A stretch of DNA of 64,000 nt from assembly GCF_001194135.2 (NCBI RefSeq), contig NC_068988.1:95612421-95676420 (forward strand), in the 5' to 3' direction. Position 1 is the first letter of the stretch; every line of letters starts with the position of its first letter. The notes under the pieces are model-generated. The model worked only from the letters and a program-made list of their open reading frames with translations, was not told where the DNA came from and did no database searches. This DNA is from Octopus bimaculoides. Lineage: Eukaryota. Of the stretch, positions 53,801-63,190 are shown piece by piece. Both the position numbers and the translations under genes were made by a program.

Positions 53801-56800
53801 TAATTAAATACTAAAACTTTAATAAGAGAATTTGGAATAAATTTTAAAAAGTGGAAGAGAATCTTCATTTAGTTGAGATAGTTGATACATGTCACTGAAA
53901 AAGCAGACGTTTTCACAATACAACAAAAAAGAATGTAAAATAATTCACAAACAAAAGAAGGAATGTTAAGAGTGATCTGATGAATATGGCACAAACAAAT
54001 CAAAGACCCAGTCTTTGGCACCACAACAATGGTAATACCATAGTAAGGCCTTAAATAATTTACCTTGTCATACAAATCAAACTTTCTCTTTGCTTCAGCT
54101 ATACAACTTTCAGGTAGGCCCTTCAAAGAAAAAAATAATTTGCTTATATACTTTAGACATAAAATAGTTATTTAAATATATCAGAAAGATTTACATAAAA
54201 ACTTGATAAACTGAATATTTTAAAGATTTTCTGGTCAAAATAATCCTAAAAATATTGATTTCAAAACTGAATATAATTCTTTATTTTCAATATATTTGAA
54301 ATGTTTAAAACAACCACTTTACTAAAATATTGTTTTCACTAAATTTCAATGTCAATTTTTTTATAAAGTTTAAAATGAGAGAATTCGTGCAAGAAACTTT
54401 GAACTTCTCATAACAAAACATGGCTAAAACCCAACCCAGTGAAACTAGGAACTCTTTAGGGTTAAACATTTTTGAAACTGATAAAACTAAGATACTGTCT
54501 GGAACTGAACTCGATAGACAAGAAGTTTCATTTTAAGATCTGAAAATAGAATTCAAATCTGAAACCAAACTTTTTTGTCTCTCTCTCTCTCTACCCACCC
54601 ACCCCTTTAAATCTTTTACTGCTTTCAATTTTAGTTTTAATAAAGTCTTTTACAGACTCTGCCAATGCTTCATGAGATAAGGGCCAAGCAACCGAGATTT
54701 CTTGGTCGTGTGATGAGGAAGAAGGGTCTGGAGAATTTAGTGATGACTGGAAAGATTAAAAGGAAAAGGTTAAAGGATGATATGGATGTCAAGCTTGATG
54801 AAGCGGTTGGAAGAAAGGGCCATTAAACCTCCGGAAGTGGAACTGTTACAGAGTACAAAGAACAGGGAATTGTGGCAGGACATGATCCCCTATGCCTTAC
54901 ATTCTGGACATGGCACCCAAAGAGCAGGAAGCTAAGGTTTTATTTTAGCCTGTGAAGACTTTTCAGTTTTATCAATTTTAAATTTCAAAGAATAACATTC
55001 CACTTGCACAGATTTAATATAAAAAAAAAAAGACTTACATTAGGAACAATTTGGTTTTTGTTATCTGTTTCAGCAACTGCATGTTTTCCAATTTGTTTAA
55101 TTGCTTGAGATAAAACTGGGGAAGATTTGACAGAATCAAAATCATTGGGAAGATGAAGATCTTTCAGCAAAACATTTCTCTGACCTTTATCAAAATTCTG
55201 AAGAAAAGAAGATTTATATAAACAACACTAAAATCCAGACACCAATTCCAAAGGGAAAATATTCCTAATTCAATGTAAATCATGAAATCCAAACATTATC
55301 ATCATCATTTAATGCCTGACTTCCAAGCTGGCATGGGTCAGACAGTTTGATAGGAGGTGGGCAGCCAAAGGACTGCTGCAGGCTCCAATTTTCTGTTTTG
55401 ACAAGATTCTTACAGCTGGATGCCCTTCCTAATGCCAACCACTCTACAGAGTGGACTCTGAGAAAGGGAAATGGTAAATTGGACAAAAAGAAATTCTTTT
55501 GACATTTTTTGTTGTGGTTATTTTTTTATTCCCTTAAAACATGTGGGAAAGGCATGAAAGTCACTTCTTCCATTCCCTTCAGCATTCAAATTACTCTGTC
55601 GAATGTAATGCTTATTTATTCACATTGTTTTAAAGTTATCATGCATCATCTTGTGGTTTCAAGGTTTAAATAATGTGATTATTTCTAGAACAACATTGAA
55701 GGTTAGGTGTGACAGGCTGGATCAGGCTGATTTGAGCATAAAACAGGTAAAAATATTTCGGCCAGAAATGAAATGCTGAAGGGTTAAATCAATTGTGCTA
55801 AACACTCGGTGAAGGATTCTTCTCGTTACATAAGAACAATTAATCAACCCTGTGACAATGGGGGAGCCTCTATGCGGTCACTCCATTTGCTAGAAATAGT
55901 AATTAAATCTCCCTCAAAAGGAACCACTGGAGGATTATGTGGTCTGGAAAGATAAGAGCCATTAGTCAGAGCTGGACTGCTTTTGATTATGGTCTGTTCA
56001 GTTGGGGCTGACCTCAGACTAAACAGCAAAAACCACAACTATTTAGCACAACTAGGGCAATACATTCATCCAAACATTTATAAATACTCAATTTTTTGGA
56101 GTAAAGATTGTTTGCCAACATAACATGGCAGTCCTGGTTTAGGACGAATGTTGCTGTAATTTAGCCCCAGGAGACATCGTCTCCAGCTGGCTATACGACA
56201 TGATCTGTGTCCTTATATTTACAAACAAGGGAATCTAGCACCCCCACTTAGCTCAAAACATTATCTGTGTATCGCGATTTCTAGGTTTTTAGCTTACCAA
56301 AGTCTACCTGCATAAATCTAAACCAGTAATCTATTTTTCAAAAACACTTTCTCATATATTTTTCTAATTTTAAAACAACATTCGATATATTATAAAAACT
56401 TTACCTTCTCCATCTCTGACGAGCGGAAGTATTGTGTATGAATATGTATCAACAATGGATTCCATTATAATGACAATACGTTCGTGAAACGATTGTAAGA
56501 TGCATTAATTAACAAATTTTTAAAATGTCACGTTTCATATATTTACATATATTTTTAATACAATACTATTTTAGACATATCTTCATGAAAAATTTTTTTG
56601 ATATTAAATTTCATGTTTTTATTTCAAAATACAGATTTAAAAATAGTAATTTTCTGACTCTGTTTTTCATTATTGTTTCCAAATATATGGACTTATGATG
56701 ATATAAACACTATTAAAATATGGACAAGAAGGTGCTTACCACTCCAGTTTCGGCATCAAAAACAACTTCTGTGAATTCCATATTAAAAAATTCCAGAAAC

Positions 56801-59800
56801 TCATGCACCAACACAGCAGCTAAATGTCCTGCAAGAATTAAGCAGAAAAACTATTTATTTACAAAACAAAGAACGTCTAATTAAGAAATATCCAAAAAAC
56901 ACTTTTACTATTGAGGTTGCAACCCAGAAATTAAAACAAGTAAAAGATAAAAGGAACTTCTATGTGGTCACCCATCCTACTAGAAATAATAGACAAATAT
57001 CCTTTAAATCACACTCAACTTAAAAAAAAGAAGGAAAGGACTTATCAATATATAGTTAACGAGGTTATTGAGGAAGGTGTCGTCCCCCAAGAATTGGTGT
57101 CATCATATTATAGTCAGCCCCTACAAAGGTAAGGGAGATGCATCACATTGCTAGACCAGGTCAAGAAAGTTACAGAAAGAGTTATTGCCCAATTAATTAA
57201 GAACAGAATCAGATTAGATGAAATGCAGTCTGGCTTTGTGCTGGGGAGGAACACCACTGATGTCATCTTTATAATCAGACAACTGCAGGAGAAGTATTTG
57301 GCTAAGAATAAACCATTATCCTTGGTGTTTAACCTGGAGAAAGCCTTTGATAAGTGAACCCTACTGTGTGATACGGTGGGCTCTGAACAAGCAAGGGGTA
57401 GACAACGAGCACAATGGAACACCCCTTAATACTACTCTCCATCACCCAGTTGACGGGTTTCTGTCTTGCAAGGTACTTGGTGACCCTGTCAGTGAATGGT
57501 GCCATGGGAAAAGCACCCAGTAACTCAGTAAAGTAGCTACATTAGGAAGGGCACCCAACCGTAGAAACCAAACCAAAACAGACAAGGGAGCCAGCTCCCA
57601 GCGTAAAGTCATCCAATCCATACCAGCAAAGAAAAACGAACATATGATGATGATGCTGATGACACTGGATAGAATAATTCCCAATGTATTGGGTCTGAAT
57701 AAAAGAAGACATTGTTGCAGCTAGACTGCCCTTGATTGCAGATCTGCTGAGTCAGAACTGATTGGGAACAAAACAACAAAAACATAAAGCTATTATAACA
57801 CGTCGAACACAAAATGGTAATTAATGATGTAACGAACAGGGTGATGATAATTATGAAATAAAAATGATTGAAACTCACCATCTTTAGTATTTAAAAATGC
57901 TTTCAGCTTGGCATTAAGCAAAGGAGCCTTATTCTAAGGAAAGAAATAAAACAAATATTGAATAAGTACTGGTTTCAAATTTTGGCACAAGGCCAGCAAT
58001 TTCAGGAGAGGTGGGGGTCGGGTGGAATTTCAAGTCAGTAACATCAACCCCAGGGCACAATGAAAAGATGAAAGGCAAAGTGAACTTCGGTGGAATTTGA
58101 ACTCAGGACATAAGGACAGACAAAATACCGCTAAGCATTTTGCCCAGCATGCTAACCATTATGCCAGCTCTCACCACCTGATCAAAGAATATGATATTGG
58201 TTTCAAATTTTGGCACAAAGCCATCAATTTGGGGGGAGGGGGAGTTGATTACAATGAGCCCAGTGCATAACTGGTACTTATTGACCCCAGCAAAATGATG
58301 AAAGGCAAAGTCGCCCTCAGAACATAAAGAAGGACGAAATACCAGGATGCATTTTGCTTGCCATGCTAATGATTTTACTAACTCAACGAGTAGTATTAAT
58401 AACAAAAAGGGAGTCTTTATATCCTTCAAAACATGGATCATCATCATCGTTTAACGTCCATTTTCCATGCTGGCATGGGTTGGACGGTTCAACTGGGATT
58501 TGGAAAGCCAGGAGGCTGCACCAGGTCCCAATCTGATCTGGCATTGTTTCTACAGCTGGATGCCCTTCCTAATGCCAACCACTCCGAGAGTGTAGTGGGT
58601 GCTTTTTACGTGCCACCAGCACAGGGGGCAGAGGAGCTGGCATCGATCATGATTGGATGGTGCTTTTTACATGCCACCGGCACGGAAACCAAAGTGGTAC
58701 TGGCATTGGTCACATTCAGGTGGTGCATTTTACGTGCTACCGGCACTGGGGTCACAACTACAATTTACATTTGAATTGATATTGATGTATATATGAGTAT
58801 TATTCTAAATCAAACATCTTAAAAGTAAATTAGGAAAATTTTACATCATAGTATGTCTCAAAAATATATTTTAAAGCATTTACCTGGCTTGGCCCCTGCT
58901 TCTCAAGAGCTAAGAAAACACTTGCACGTAACTGGGCCTAGAGAAAAATAGAAATTTCAAAATTATATCTGAAATCAACAAATCAGCTGATGAATAAACG
59001 TTTTTTCATTTGGTCTTTTTTTTTTCACAACTGTGTAAAAGTACACATTTCACAGACACATCAGCTTATAAATATTTCTTCTAATGTATCTTGGGAGAGA
59101 AATTTTGTACCAATTTATGCTGTTTTGCTGTATATGATGTTTTTAAAGATAGTTTTAGCCAAGTCAACCCCAAATGGATTTACTGCAATGTAATAATGTG
59201 TCACAGCTTACTGAGCTCCTAATTATTACAGACATTTTCTTCGATGTATATTATCATTTCAGATAAGCTTTCCCATGTTGGCATCAATAGGACAGTTCGA
59301 CAGGAAACCAGCAAGCTGCAGAGGCATCAATGCTTAGCACATTTGCAGAAATAAGTTTGGACATTCTAAATACCTTCACCTGCATTCAAATCAAGATAAT
59401 GAGTTATAACAGGTACGTTTCAGGTGTGGTAGTGTGGATATTTATATTTTGTAGTTTATGAAACTTATGCCTAGTATAAATGAATAACTTTACATGCGGG
59501 TATAGGTAGGAAGAAGATGTCATGGTCCAAGTCATTTCTTATGGGGAAAGGGTCATTGTTCCTATAGAATGATACTCCTGTGTTTCTATGGCTGGAGACC
59601 CTTCATATTGCTAGCCATTTCACAGAGTATATTTGGTGCATATTCTCATGGAATGCACACTTGAGAGGTTGAAGAGTCCTCAGCAGGACAGAACTAAAGG
59701 AACCTCGCAACCATCTGCCCACTTGCCAACCGCTTCATGGTGTCTACAGTGGGGAAGTCTCAGTCACCAATCACTAAAGTGTGGCAGGGAGGGGAAGTTT

Positions 59801-60401
59801 CCATCATGCCCCCCCCTCCAGCACAGTAAGAGGGAAGTCTTGTATACAGTAAATGATGGGAGTATCGGTAACCTAAGGTGTGTAGCGTAATGAGAGGAAT
59901 AGGAAAGAGGTTGATGATGGCAGAAAGACCAAAAGTGAGTCATGTCGAGAGAATACTCACTTGAGACATGGAAGTTGGTAAGCAATAGGTTGATGGGGGA
60001 GACGGTGGTAACATTAGTAGTGTGTGATAGAGAGATAGATCGATATGGCACACATAATAGTGGCTAATTACTGGTATATTTCCGCTTCAAGACACCCAAG
60101 TCATATTTCTAGAAAATGAGACAAAAACTCGTTTTTGCACTTTTCCAAGCTTAGTGCAGGCAAGCGTTAAAATTTTCTAAGAAACACAGGGACACTCCCA
60201 AGAACTTTTCAAGCAGAACACACCGGTCCGACACGACAAAACAGTTGAAAAAATTCAGTCGAAGACGGAAGTATGATAGAAGTTTTATGGACTAAGTAAC
60301 GAAAGAATGCCGGCAATTTCGACAATTTTTTTTTTTTTCCCCTTTTCCAAAAGTACGGTTCGTATTTACGAGTGCGGCTGTTATAATTGTTTGAAGTGTG
60401 T

Positions 60402-60440
<39 letters not shown>

Positions 60441-61024
60441 CAGCGCGAAATTTTAAGTAATAGGTGCAGAGGGGTTTAACTTTAATATATTTCCACAAAA
60501 TTACAAGTTAAATTGAAGCAATGTGGTGCTATGGCTAAACTTTTGCTATTGCATTCCGTTGCTAACGCTACGCTGTTGCGAATGGTCGTCTGAATCCTGT
60601 CCGGACTTGGCTGAAACGGGGATTGCAACGAAGTCCTGCTATGGTAACTACAACAGAAGAAATATAGAAAGAGACAGAGTAATTCGATAACACTGTTCTG
60701 AAGGTAATTCCTCGTTTCTGGGTGATATAATTAAGTAGTAAAAGTTAAAAAGGTCCTTAGAAGCGGTCTGTGTAGTTTGGTTGTTCAAGATTTGACAAGT
60801 TTCTTTCGTCACAAGGTAAACAACCCGAAACATCAACATTGGGTGTTTGGACGGGGTAAAATAGGTCCCAGACTCAATTAATGGCATTATAAAAGATATC
60901 AATAAGTAGAGGAGGTTTCAATGTTAATTATTAAACTCACCCGAATCTTTGCCAGTGTGCCGTTTGATTCCAAAGTTTGAACCAAAAGATCTCGTAACTC
61001 ATTATCGTCTTCACTGGTAGACAT
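4473..61024 (-). CDS. CEP43: Centrosomal protein 43 / FGFR1 oncogene partner, 16 coding exons: complement join 61024-60941, 58937-58884, 57933-57879, 56828-56740, 55197-55039, 54120-54064, 53011-52941, 52203-52142, 41528-41335, 41197-41159, 34636-34446, 7823-7699, 6980-6936, 6328-6211, 5648-5534, 4553-4473
   Basis: The N-terminus [88 protein letters not shown] matches the FOP LisH/dimerisation region (human [37 protein letters not shown]...). The C-terminus SIVEEIEEE...[23 protein letters not shown] matches the FOP tail. All junctions are GT-AG with matching phases and the total of 1539 nt is in frame. Middle exons are less certain and extra exons could lie in gaps. Confidence 0.9.
4882..5068 (+). 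mobile_element. tRNA-derived SINE (family C) with 13-bp target-site duplication
   Basis: ATGTTTATAAGTT at 4869-4881 and 5069-5081. Related copies at about 26985-27200, 27295-27457, 44861-45081 and 57965-58340 (minus, two copies). Confidence 0.8.
5534..5648 (-). CDS. CEP43: CEP43 exon 15 ([38 protein letters not shown])
   Basis: TTCAG|C...GAA|GTAAGT, phase 2-0; matches SIGEEIEEDLS. Confidence 0.88.
6211..6328 (-). CDS. CEP43: CEP43 exon 14 ([12 protein letters not shown]10-EEE-D7-YDEDFASE)
   Basis: CTTCAG|TG...GAAGA|GTAGGT, phase 1-2; matches GEDDDYVDDFNS. Confidence 0.82.
6936..6980 (-). CDS. CEP43: CEP43 exon 13 ([15 protein letters not shown])
   Basis: TTTCAG|AT...TTTG|GTAAGT, phase 1-1; resembles LKDLKLISDKIGSLG. 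Confidence 0.75.
7699..7823 (-). CDS. CEP43: CEP43 exon 12 ([13 protein letters not shown]...NNEILNK)
   Basis: TTTAG|G...AAAG|GTAAGT, phase 2-1. Confidence 0.72.
8245..8659 (-). mobile_element. tRNA-derived SINE (family A) with internal microsatellite
   Basis: Minus-strand head has A box TGGCTGTGTGG and B box GGTTCAGTCCC. Other copies at about 24238-24520, 50870-51110, 51700-51925 and 63845-64000. Confidence 0.8.
10370..12050. repeat. Compound microsatellite cluster (TA, CA, TACA, GATA, AAT, AAC) with gaps; similar clusters at 3180-3450, 19140-19570, 21850-22030, 31770-31890 and 32310-32450
   Basis: Directly visible simple repeats. Confidence 0.95.
13173..13334 (-). mobile_element. Penelope-like element reverse transcriptase fragment
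   Basis: [45 protein letters not shown] carries the PLE RT motif-4 GxAMG signature and a decayed YIDD motif. Confidence 0.8.
13375..13712 (-). mobile_element. tRNA-derived SINE (family D)
   Basis: Head TGGCTCAGTGGTTAGAGCG...GAGTTCGATTCC followed by TTCTTGAGCAAGACACTTT. The tail recurs at 18140-18230; partial copies at about 37960-38210 and 53440-53620. Confidence 0.78.
15374..15669. mobile_element. hAT-like MITE remnant
   Basis: Termini AAGTGGTTCTAAAC...TTTGAGAACTACTG resemble CAGTGGTTCTCAA/TTGAGAACCACTG. Confidence 0.45.
15680..16140. repeat. Diverged 33-bp minisatellite
   Basis: GATATCA-type anchors at 15714, 15747, 15777, 15810, 15843, 15876 and 15909. Confidence 0.8.
16180..17550. repeat. 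Diverged tandem array with about 72-84 bp units
   Basis: AATGAACAGG-like anchors at 16191, 16271, 16355, 16439, 16511 and 16590, continuing with recurring GAAACAGATATCAGAAGATATGAG. Confidence 0.75.
20215..20755 (+). mobile_element. RTE LINE 3' end: ORF C-terminus, 3'UTR and (GAT)n tail
   Basis: Translation similar to [33 protein letters not shown], continuing into the CCAACCCATGCCAGCA...GATGATGATG repeat. Confidence 0.75.
22730..23648 (+). mobile_element. 5'-truncated mariner DD34D transposon with disrupted transposase
   Basis: [20 protein letters not shown] and [14 protein letters not shown] motifs with 34 aa between D2 and D3; two in-frame TGA codons; 3' TIR ...GGAACTTAGTTGCCAACCTAA-TA ending at 23648. 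Confidence 0.95.
26055..26550. mobile_element. piggyBac-like MITE interrupted by an RTE 3'-end insertion (about 26090-26360)
   Basis: Flanks match the uninterrupted about 220-bp copies at 41696-41920 and 55572-55788, which end in GCTAAAGGG-TTAA / GCTGAAGGG-TTAA. Confidence 0.55.
28480..29050 (-). mobile_element. RTE LINE 3' end (ORF C-terminus, 3'UTR and tail)
   Basis: Reverse complement of the 20215-20755 structure ([21 protein letters not shown]). Confidence 0.78.
29905..30265 (-). mobile_element. RTE 3'UTR-derived short element with a 66-bp tandem array
   Basis: Units start at 30062, 30128, 30194 and 30260. About 20 related copies occur in both orientations (for example 18350-18530, 26090-26360, 33330-33690, 47985-48160, 49640-49850, 58435-58750). 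Confidence 0.8.
33704..33901. mobile_element. hAT/Charlie-like MITE
   Basis: TIRs CAGTGGTTCCCAA...TTAGGAACCACTG; imperfect 8-bp flanks ATGTAGTG / GTATAGTG. Confidence 0.65.
34446..34636 (-). CDS. CEP43: CEP43 exon 11 ([18 protein letters not shown]...[25 protein letters not shown])
   Basis: ACAG|TTA...AGTCG|GTGAGT, phase 0-2; Ser/Asp-rich with DDPFFDDP. Confidence 0.75.
34790..35050 (-). mobile_element. LINE ORF 3' fragment
   Basis: [16 protein letters not shown]...[11 protein letters not shown]...AWN resembles the non-LTR C-terminal KLQTFINRCLRNIL...IETQIKRRKW region. Confidence 0.6.
35772..36331. mobile_element. Foldback mariner derivative: two inverted transposase 3' ends
   Basis: TA-TGAGGGTGAGTC at both ends. 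Arms 35772-36012 and 36079-36331 are reverse complements. The plus strand reads [24 protein letters not shown]...[15 protein letters not shown]. Confidence 0.9.
36965..37403 (-). mobile_element. Inverted-repeat element with decayed hammerhead motif (family HH2; Penelope-like pLTR)
   Basis: Arms of about 170 bp. The centre on the minus strand reads CTGTG CTGATGA A AGG AAATAA CCC GGGAA TCGTGAT T CACGG. Confidence 0.7.
40040..40670 (-). mobile_element. Decayed RTE-like RT fragment; the 40550-40670 piece is inverted (plus strand)
   Basis: Minus: [10 protein letters not shown] / NCCGIT / [17 protein letters not shown] / [21 protein letters not shown]. Plus: [23 protein letters not shown]. Confidence 0.6.
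41159..41197 (-). CDS. CEP43: CEP43 exon 10, putative ([13 protein letters not shown])
   Basis: CTGTAG|AAG...TTG|GTAATA, phase 0-0, open. Symmetric and not needed to keep frame, so uncertain. Confidence 0.5.
41335..41528 (-). CDS. CEP43: CEP43 exon 9 ([23 protein letters not shown]...GNGFTK)
   Basis: CTCAG|AT...AAG|GTAAAA, phase 1-0; completes a second EF-hand-like loop (INFDEF). Confidence 0.8.
43575..44030 (+). mobile_element. tRNA-headed hammerhead-bearing retroposon (family HH1) with an upstream inverted copy of its tail
   Basis: A box 43794-43804 and B box 43838-43848. Hammerhead-like motifs at 43940-43985 (+) and 43706-43661 (-). Confidence 0.8.
43661..43706 (-). ncRNA. Minimal type I hammerhead ribozyme motif
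   Basis: GACAC CUGAUGA A AGCUG gagaguauau CAGCC GAAA CG UU GUGUU: stem I GACAC/GUGUU, intact core, GUU cleavage triplet, palindromic AACGUU stem III, one stem II mismatch. Confidence 0.7.
44861..45081 (+). mobile_element. SINE family C with 18-bp TSD (one mismatch)
   Basis: AATATTCTCAACAATATA at 44843-44860 versus AATATTCTCGACAATATA at 45082-45099. Confidence 0.82.
45218..45460 (+). mobile_element. Second copy of the tRNA-head plus hammerhead element (HH1)
   Basis: TGGCGTAGCGGTTAAGAG...AGTTCAATTCC head; hammerhead motif at 45346-45391. Confidence 0.78.
46900..47500 (-). mobile_element. Decayed RTE-type RT fragment
   Basis: Frameshifted minus readings KDIGIP, FAEIMRE and LNNINHLRF (compare YGIP, LYAEYIMRE, NINNLRYADD). 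Confidence 0.5.
51320..51699 (-). mobile_element. HH2 element copy with best-preserved hammerhead core; inverted arm interrupted by SINE A
   Basis: Homologous to 36965-37403; hammerhead at 51582-51540. Confidence 0.75.
51540..51582 (-). ncRNA. Minimal type I hammerhead ribozyme motif (HH2)
   Basis: CUGUG CUGAUGA A GGG aaauaa CCC GAAA aUUGCGAU A CACAG: stem I CUGUG/CACAG, stem II GGG/CCC, AUA triplet. Confidence 0.68.
52142..52203 (-). CDS. CEP43: CEP43 exon 8 ([20 protein letters not shown])
   Basis: CTATAG|A...CAGA|GTAAGT, phase 2-1. Confidence 0.8.
52941..53011 (-). CDS. CEP43: CEP43 exon 7 ([24 protein letters not shown])
   Basis: AAAG|GCT...CATCG|GTGAGT, phase 0-2. Confidence 0.8.
54064..54120 (-). 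CDS. CEP43: CEP43 exon 6 ([19 protein letters not shown])
   Basis: GAAG|GGC...AAG|GTAAAT, phase 0-0; EF-hand entering helix. Confidence 0.8.
54665..54825 (+). mobile_element. RTE/BovB-like LINE ORF C-terminal fragment
   Basis: [28 protein letters not shown] matches IRKRQLKFLGHVMRKEGLENLVLTGKI. Confidence 0.65.
55039..55197 (-). CDS. CEP43: CEP43 exon 5 ([35 protein letters not shown]...IVPN)
   Basis: TTCAG|AAT...AAT|GTAAGT; 159 nt, phase 0-0; aligns to RENLARDLG...PLLLEVI. Confidence 0.85.
56090..56281 (-). mobile_element. Partial HH2 copy retaining GAAA-UCGCGAU-A-CACAG
   Basis: Homologous to the 36965 and 51320 copies; perfect ATCGCGAT palindrome at 56271-56278. Confidence 0.7.
56740..56828 (-). 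CDS. CEP43: CEP43 exon 4 ([29 protein letters not shown]), LisH motif
   Basis: GCAG|GA...GTG|GTAAGC; matches LVASLVAEFLQFFNLDFTLAVFQPE. Confidence 0.93.
57055..57410 (+). mobile_element. RTE LINE RT fragment
   Basis: YKGKGDA...[47 protein letters not shown]. Confidence 0.85.
57879..57933 (-). CDS. CEP43: CEP43 exon 3 ([19 protein letters not shown])
   Basis: TTAG|AAT...GATG|GTGAGT; matches NKTPLVNESLKKFLNTKDG. Confidence 0.93.
58884..58937 (-). CDS. CEP43: CEP43 exon 2 ([18 protein letters not shown])
   Basis: CTAG|GCC...CAG|GTAAAT; matches AELRAAVFLALEEQ. Confidence 0.93.
60941..61024 (-). CDS. CEP43: CEP43 coding exon 1 ([28 protein letters not shown])
   Basis: ATG at 61024, donor CGG|GTGAGT, phase 0; strong FOP similarity. 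Confidence 0.95.
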
Positions 61025-61932
61025 GTTATCAACAACTAGTCTGAACATGCGCAGTACGATCCTCTCATAACTTCCGCTTAATATTCGCCCCACCTAACTT
61101 TTGCTAAAAATATTCTATTTTATAATCTTATATTTTATAGTCTCACATATTTTATATAAATCTCTTTTATTTTATATGAATCCCTTTTTTCTTTGTTTTC
61201 TTAGAAAAGAATAACTAAAAGAAAAAAATTTCATCTTTAAGTATTTACTTTTATTAGGCAGTTGTTTGAAAATTATTACTTTATTCAAATTTTAAATATT
61301 TTTCTAAATCAAATTATGCACTTTCAATGCTTGCTATTTATACTAAATTGCTATATTTTTTAAAGTATTAAAAAAAAAAATTTCTGTTATTACGTTATAA
61401 TTTGGTATTTGTTTACAGGATAATTTTTTTTTTTTTTCGTAATTACGTATGATGAGTTAGGACCTGGAATTAAGTACAATACATGCCCTTTGTCTAATTA
61501 AATACCAATTGTATTATTGACAAAAGTAGAAAGTTAATATAGAACTAACAGTTTTATTAATTTCAAACACCAGAACTGAAGTTGGTTGGTTGTGAGTTTT
61601 AAAGCGACCAATCAGAAAGCAAAGTGTGTAACGCAACTGACCAATCAAATGTAAGAAGCATTCTGTTTAAACGGTCGGCTTTTAATTTTCAAATATTAGT
61701 TGGATTCTAAGTTCGAATCATTCAAGTCTTGTTCTCCGACTGTTTTCAACTCATTTATTTTTATTAATTCAACTGAATTTGTTTTCTTTTTTTCTGTAAG
61801 AAATATTTATTTTATCAATACCAACTTTGTAATTTTTATACAATTTACAAATGAATTTAACTGTTTTTTTGTTTTTTTTTTCATGTTTAAATTTTTTTTC
61901 TTTCTACATTAGAATTTTAAGATTCACTCAAA
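61025..61932. promoter_or_regulatory. Bidirectional promoter region between CEP43 (-) and KPNA2 (+)
   Basis: Divergent ATGs 908 bp apart. CCAAT boxes at 61608 and 61641. CHR-like TTTAAA at 61666 and TTCAAA at 61688. ETS-like GCGGAAGT (minus, about 61070-61077) and NRF1-like CATGCGCA (61046-61053) near the CEP43 start. Locally more CpG. Confidence 0.7.
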
Positions 61933-61992
61933 ATGCCAGAACAAGATGTTCAACGTCAAAAATCTTACAAGAACCTCGGCCGCGACCTAACA
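61933..61992 (+). CDS. KPNA2: Importin subunit alpha (KPNA2/pendulin-like) coding exon 1 (MPEQDVQRQKSYKNLGRDLT)
   Basis: ATG at 61933, donor ACA|GTAAGT; matches the IBB start (RLHRFKNKGKDST). Confidence 0.85.
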
Positions 61993-63058
61993 GTAAGTTT
62001 TGAGAACATTTCTTGCTATAATAATAATAATAATGGTCGATATTATCGTCCTCATAATCTCGGATTGTATTAATTTAAATGCAGTACAGTTTTAATCTCT
62101 CACACCACCCTCCTAACGATCGTCTTGTATTCAATTTGTGATTAAAGAGATCATTTAGCCCTAGTCATTAAATTTATGCAAGTTTTGTATTACTATTTCG
62201 TGGAATGTCTGCTTTTACACATGTACCACGGCTAATAACGGGTGGTCAGTTCTCGAAAGTTTCAAATTTTTATCGACGAACTCTTTTTAAATTATCTGTA
62301 TTTACGAACTAAGATTTAAACATTCCGGATTTTATTGTCAGTTTTAAATGACGAAATGCAAAAAAAAATTCAATAAATGTATTGTTTTAAATTACCGTTA
62401 ATTACGGTCATTATAATACATAACGGGCACTGACAACGTACTGAGGGAGGGGGGGTGTTATATATTTCGCCTTTCATTCCCGGATAGAATCTACCTCACC
62501 TCAAATAGTTGACGAAGGCGTGAACATCTCCACTTCATATCTAGTCTTAGAATTCGCGGCTTTTCCCTTTCGTCGGCTGGTGAAATTGCTGATATGAACT
62601 CAATCTTAACGGCGACCCCCCACATACTTTTGAGAGAAATCAAATTTCTGTTTGAGGAACTAGATAAAAAATAAGCTTAATTTTATTTTGAAAAGTTTTA
62701 ATATTTTGCAGGAGTGTAATTTTTGAAAGCAATTTAAATAGTTCCCGAAACAAAGGCTGTATCTTTTAAAACCTGTCAAATGCCTTATATTTGAAAGTTT
62801 AAATCGTTAACCTTTAGCACACTTCGTGTAATTTAAAATATTTATTCTCGTGTTCTTTTGGAATTGTAGTTTTTGGTTATTTCCAAAATGTATAGATTTT
62901 TATTTAACTATAAAGAATTTCCCTTCTCCGCCCACTGGATTTCGAATTGGGAGCATGAAGCAGCGGCGATCTAACACGATTAAGCCGGTTCGTCGATCCA
63001 TTTTTACATTAAGTTCAATATTATATCCTAACTATCGCAATTAAATTTTTTTTTTCAG

Positions 63059-63190
63059 GAGATGAGGCGGCGAAGAGCTGAAGTTTCCGTTGAGTTGCGC
63101 AAGCAAAAAAAAGATGACCAGACGATGAAGAGAAGAAATATTGGGGACTTGTCTGATGATGCAGTCAGTCCACTGAAAGAGAGAAATCAA
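63059..63190 (+). CDS. KPNA2: Importin alpha exon 2, IBB domain ([44 protein letters not shown]); gene continues beyond the window
   Basis: TTCAG|GAG...CAA|GTAAGC; closely matches human KPNA2 [28 protein letters not shown]...DDATSPLQE. The paralogue assignment rests on the IBB region only. Confidence 0.88.

Noticed and set aside
59520-60050. GC-richer segment with 85-95 aa ORFs
   Set aside because: It looks like a decayed repeat, but I could not assign a family or coding function.
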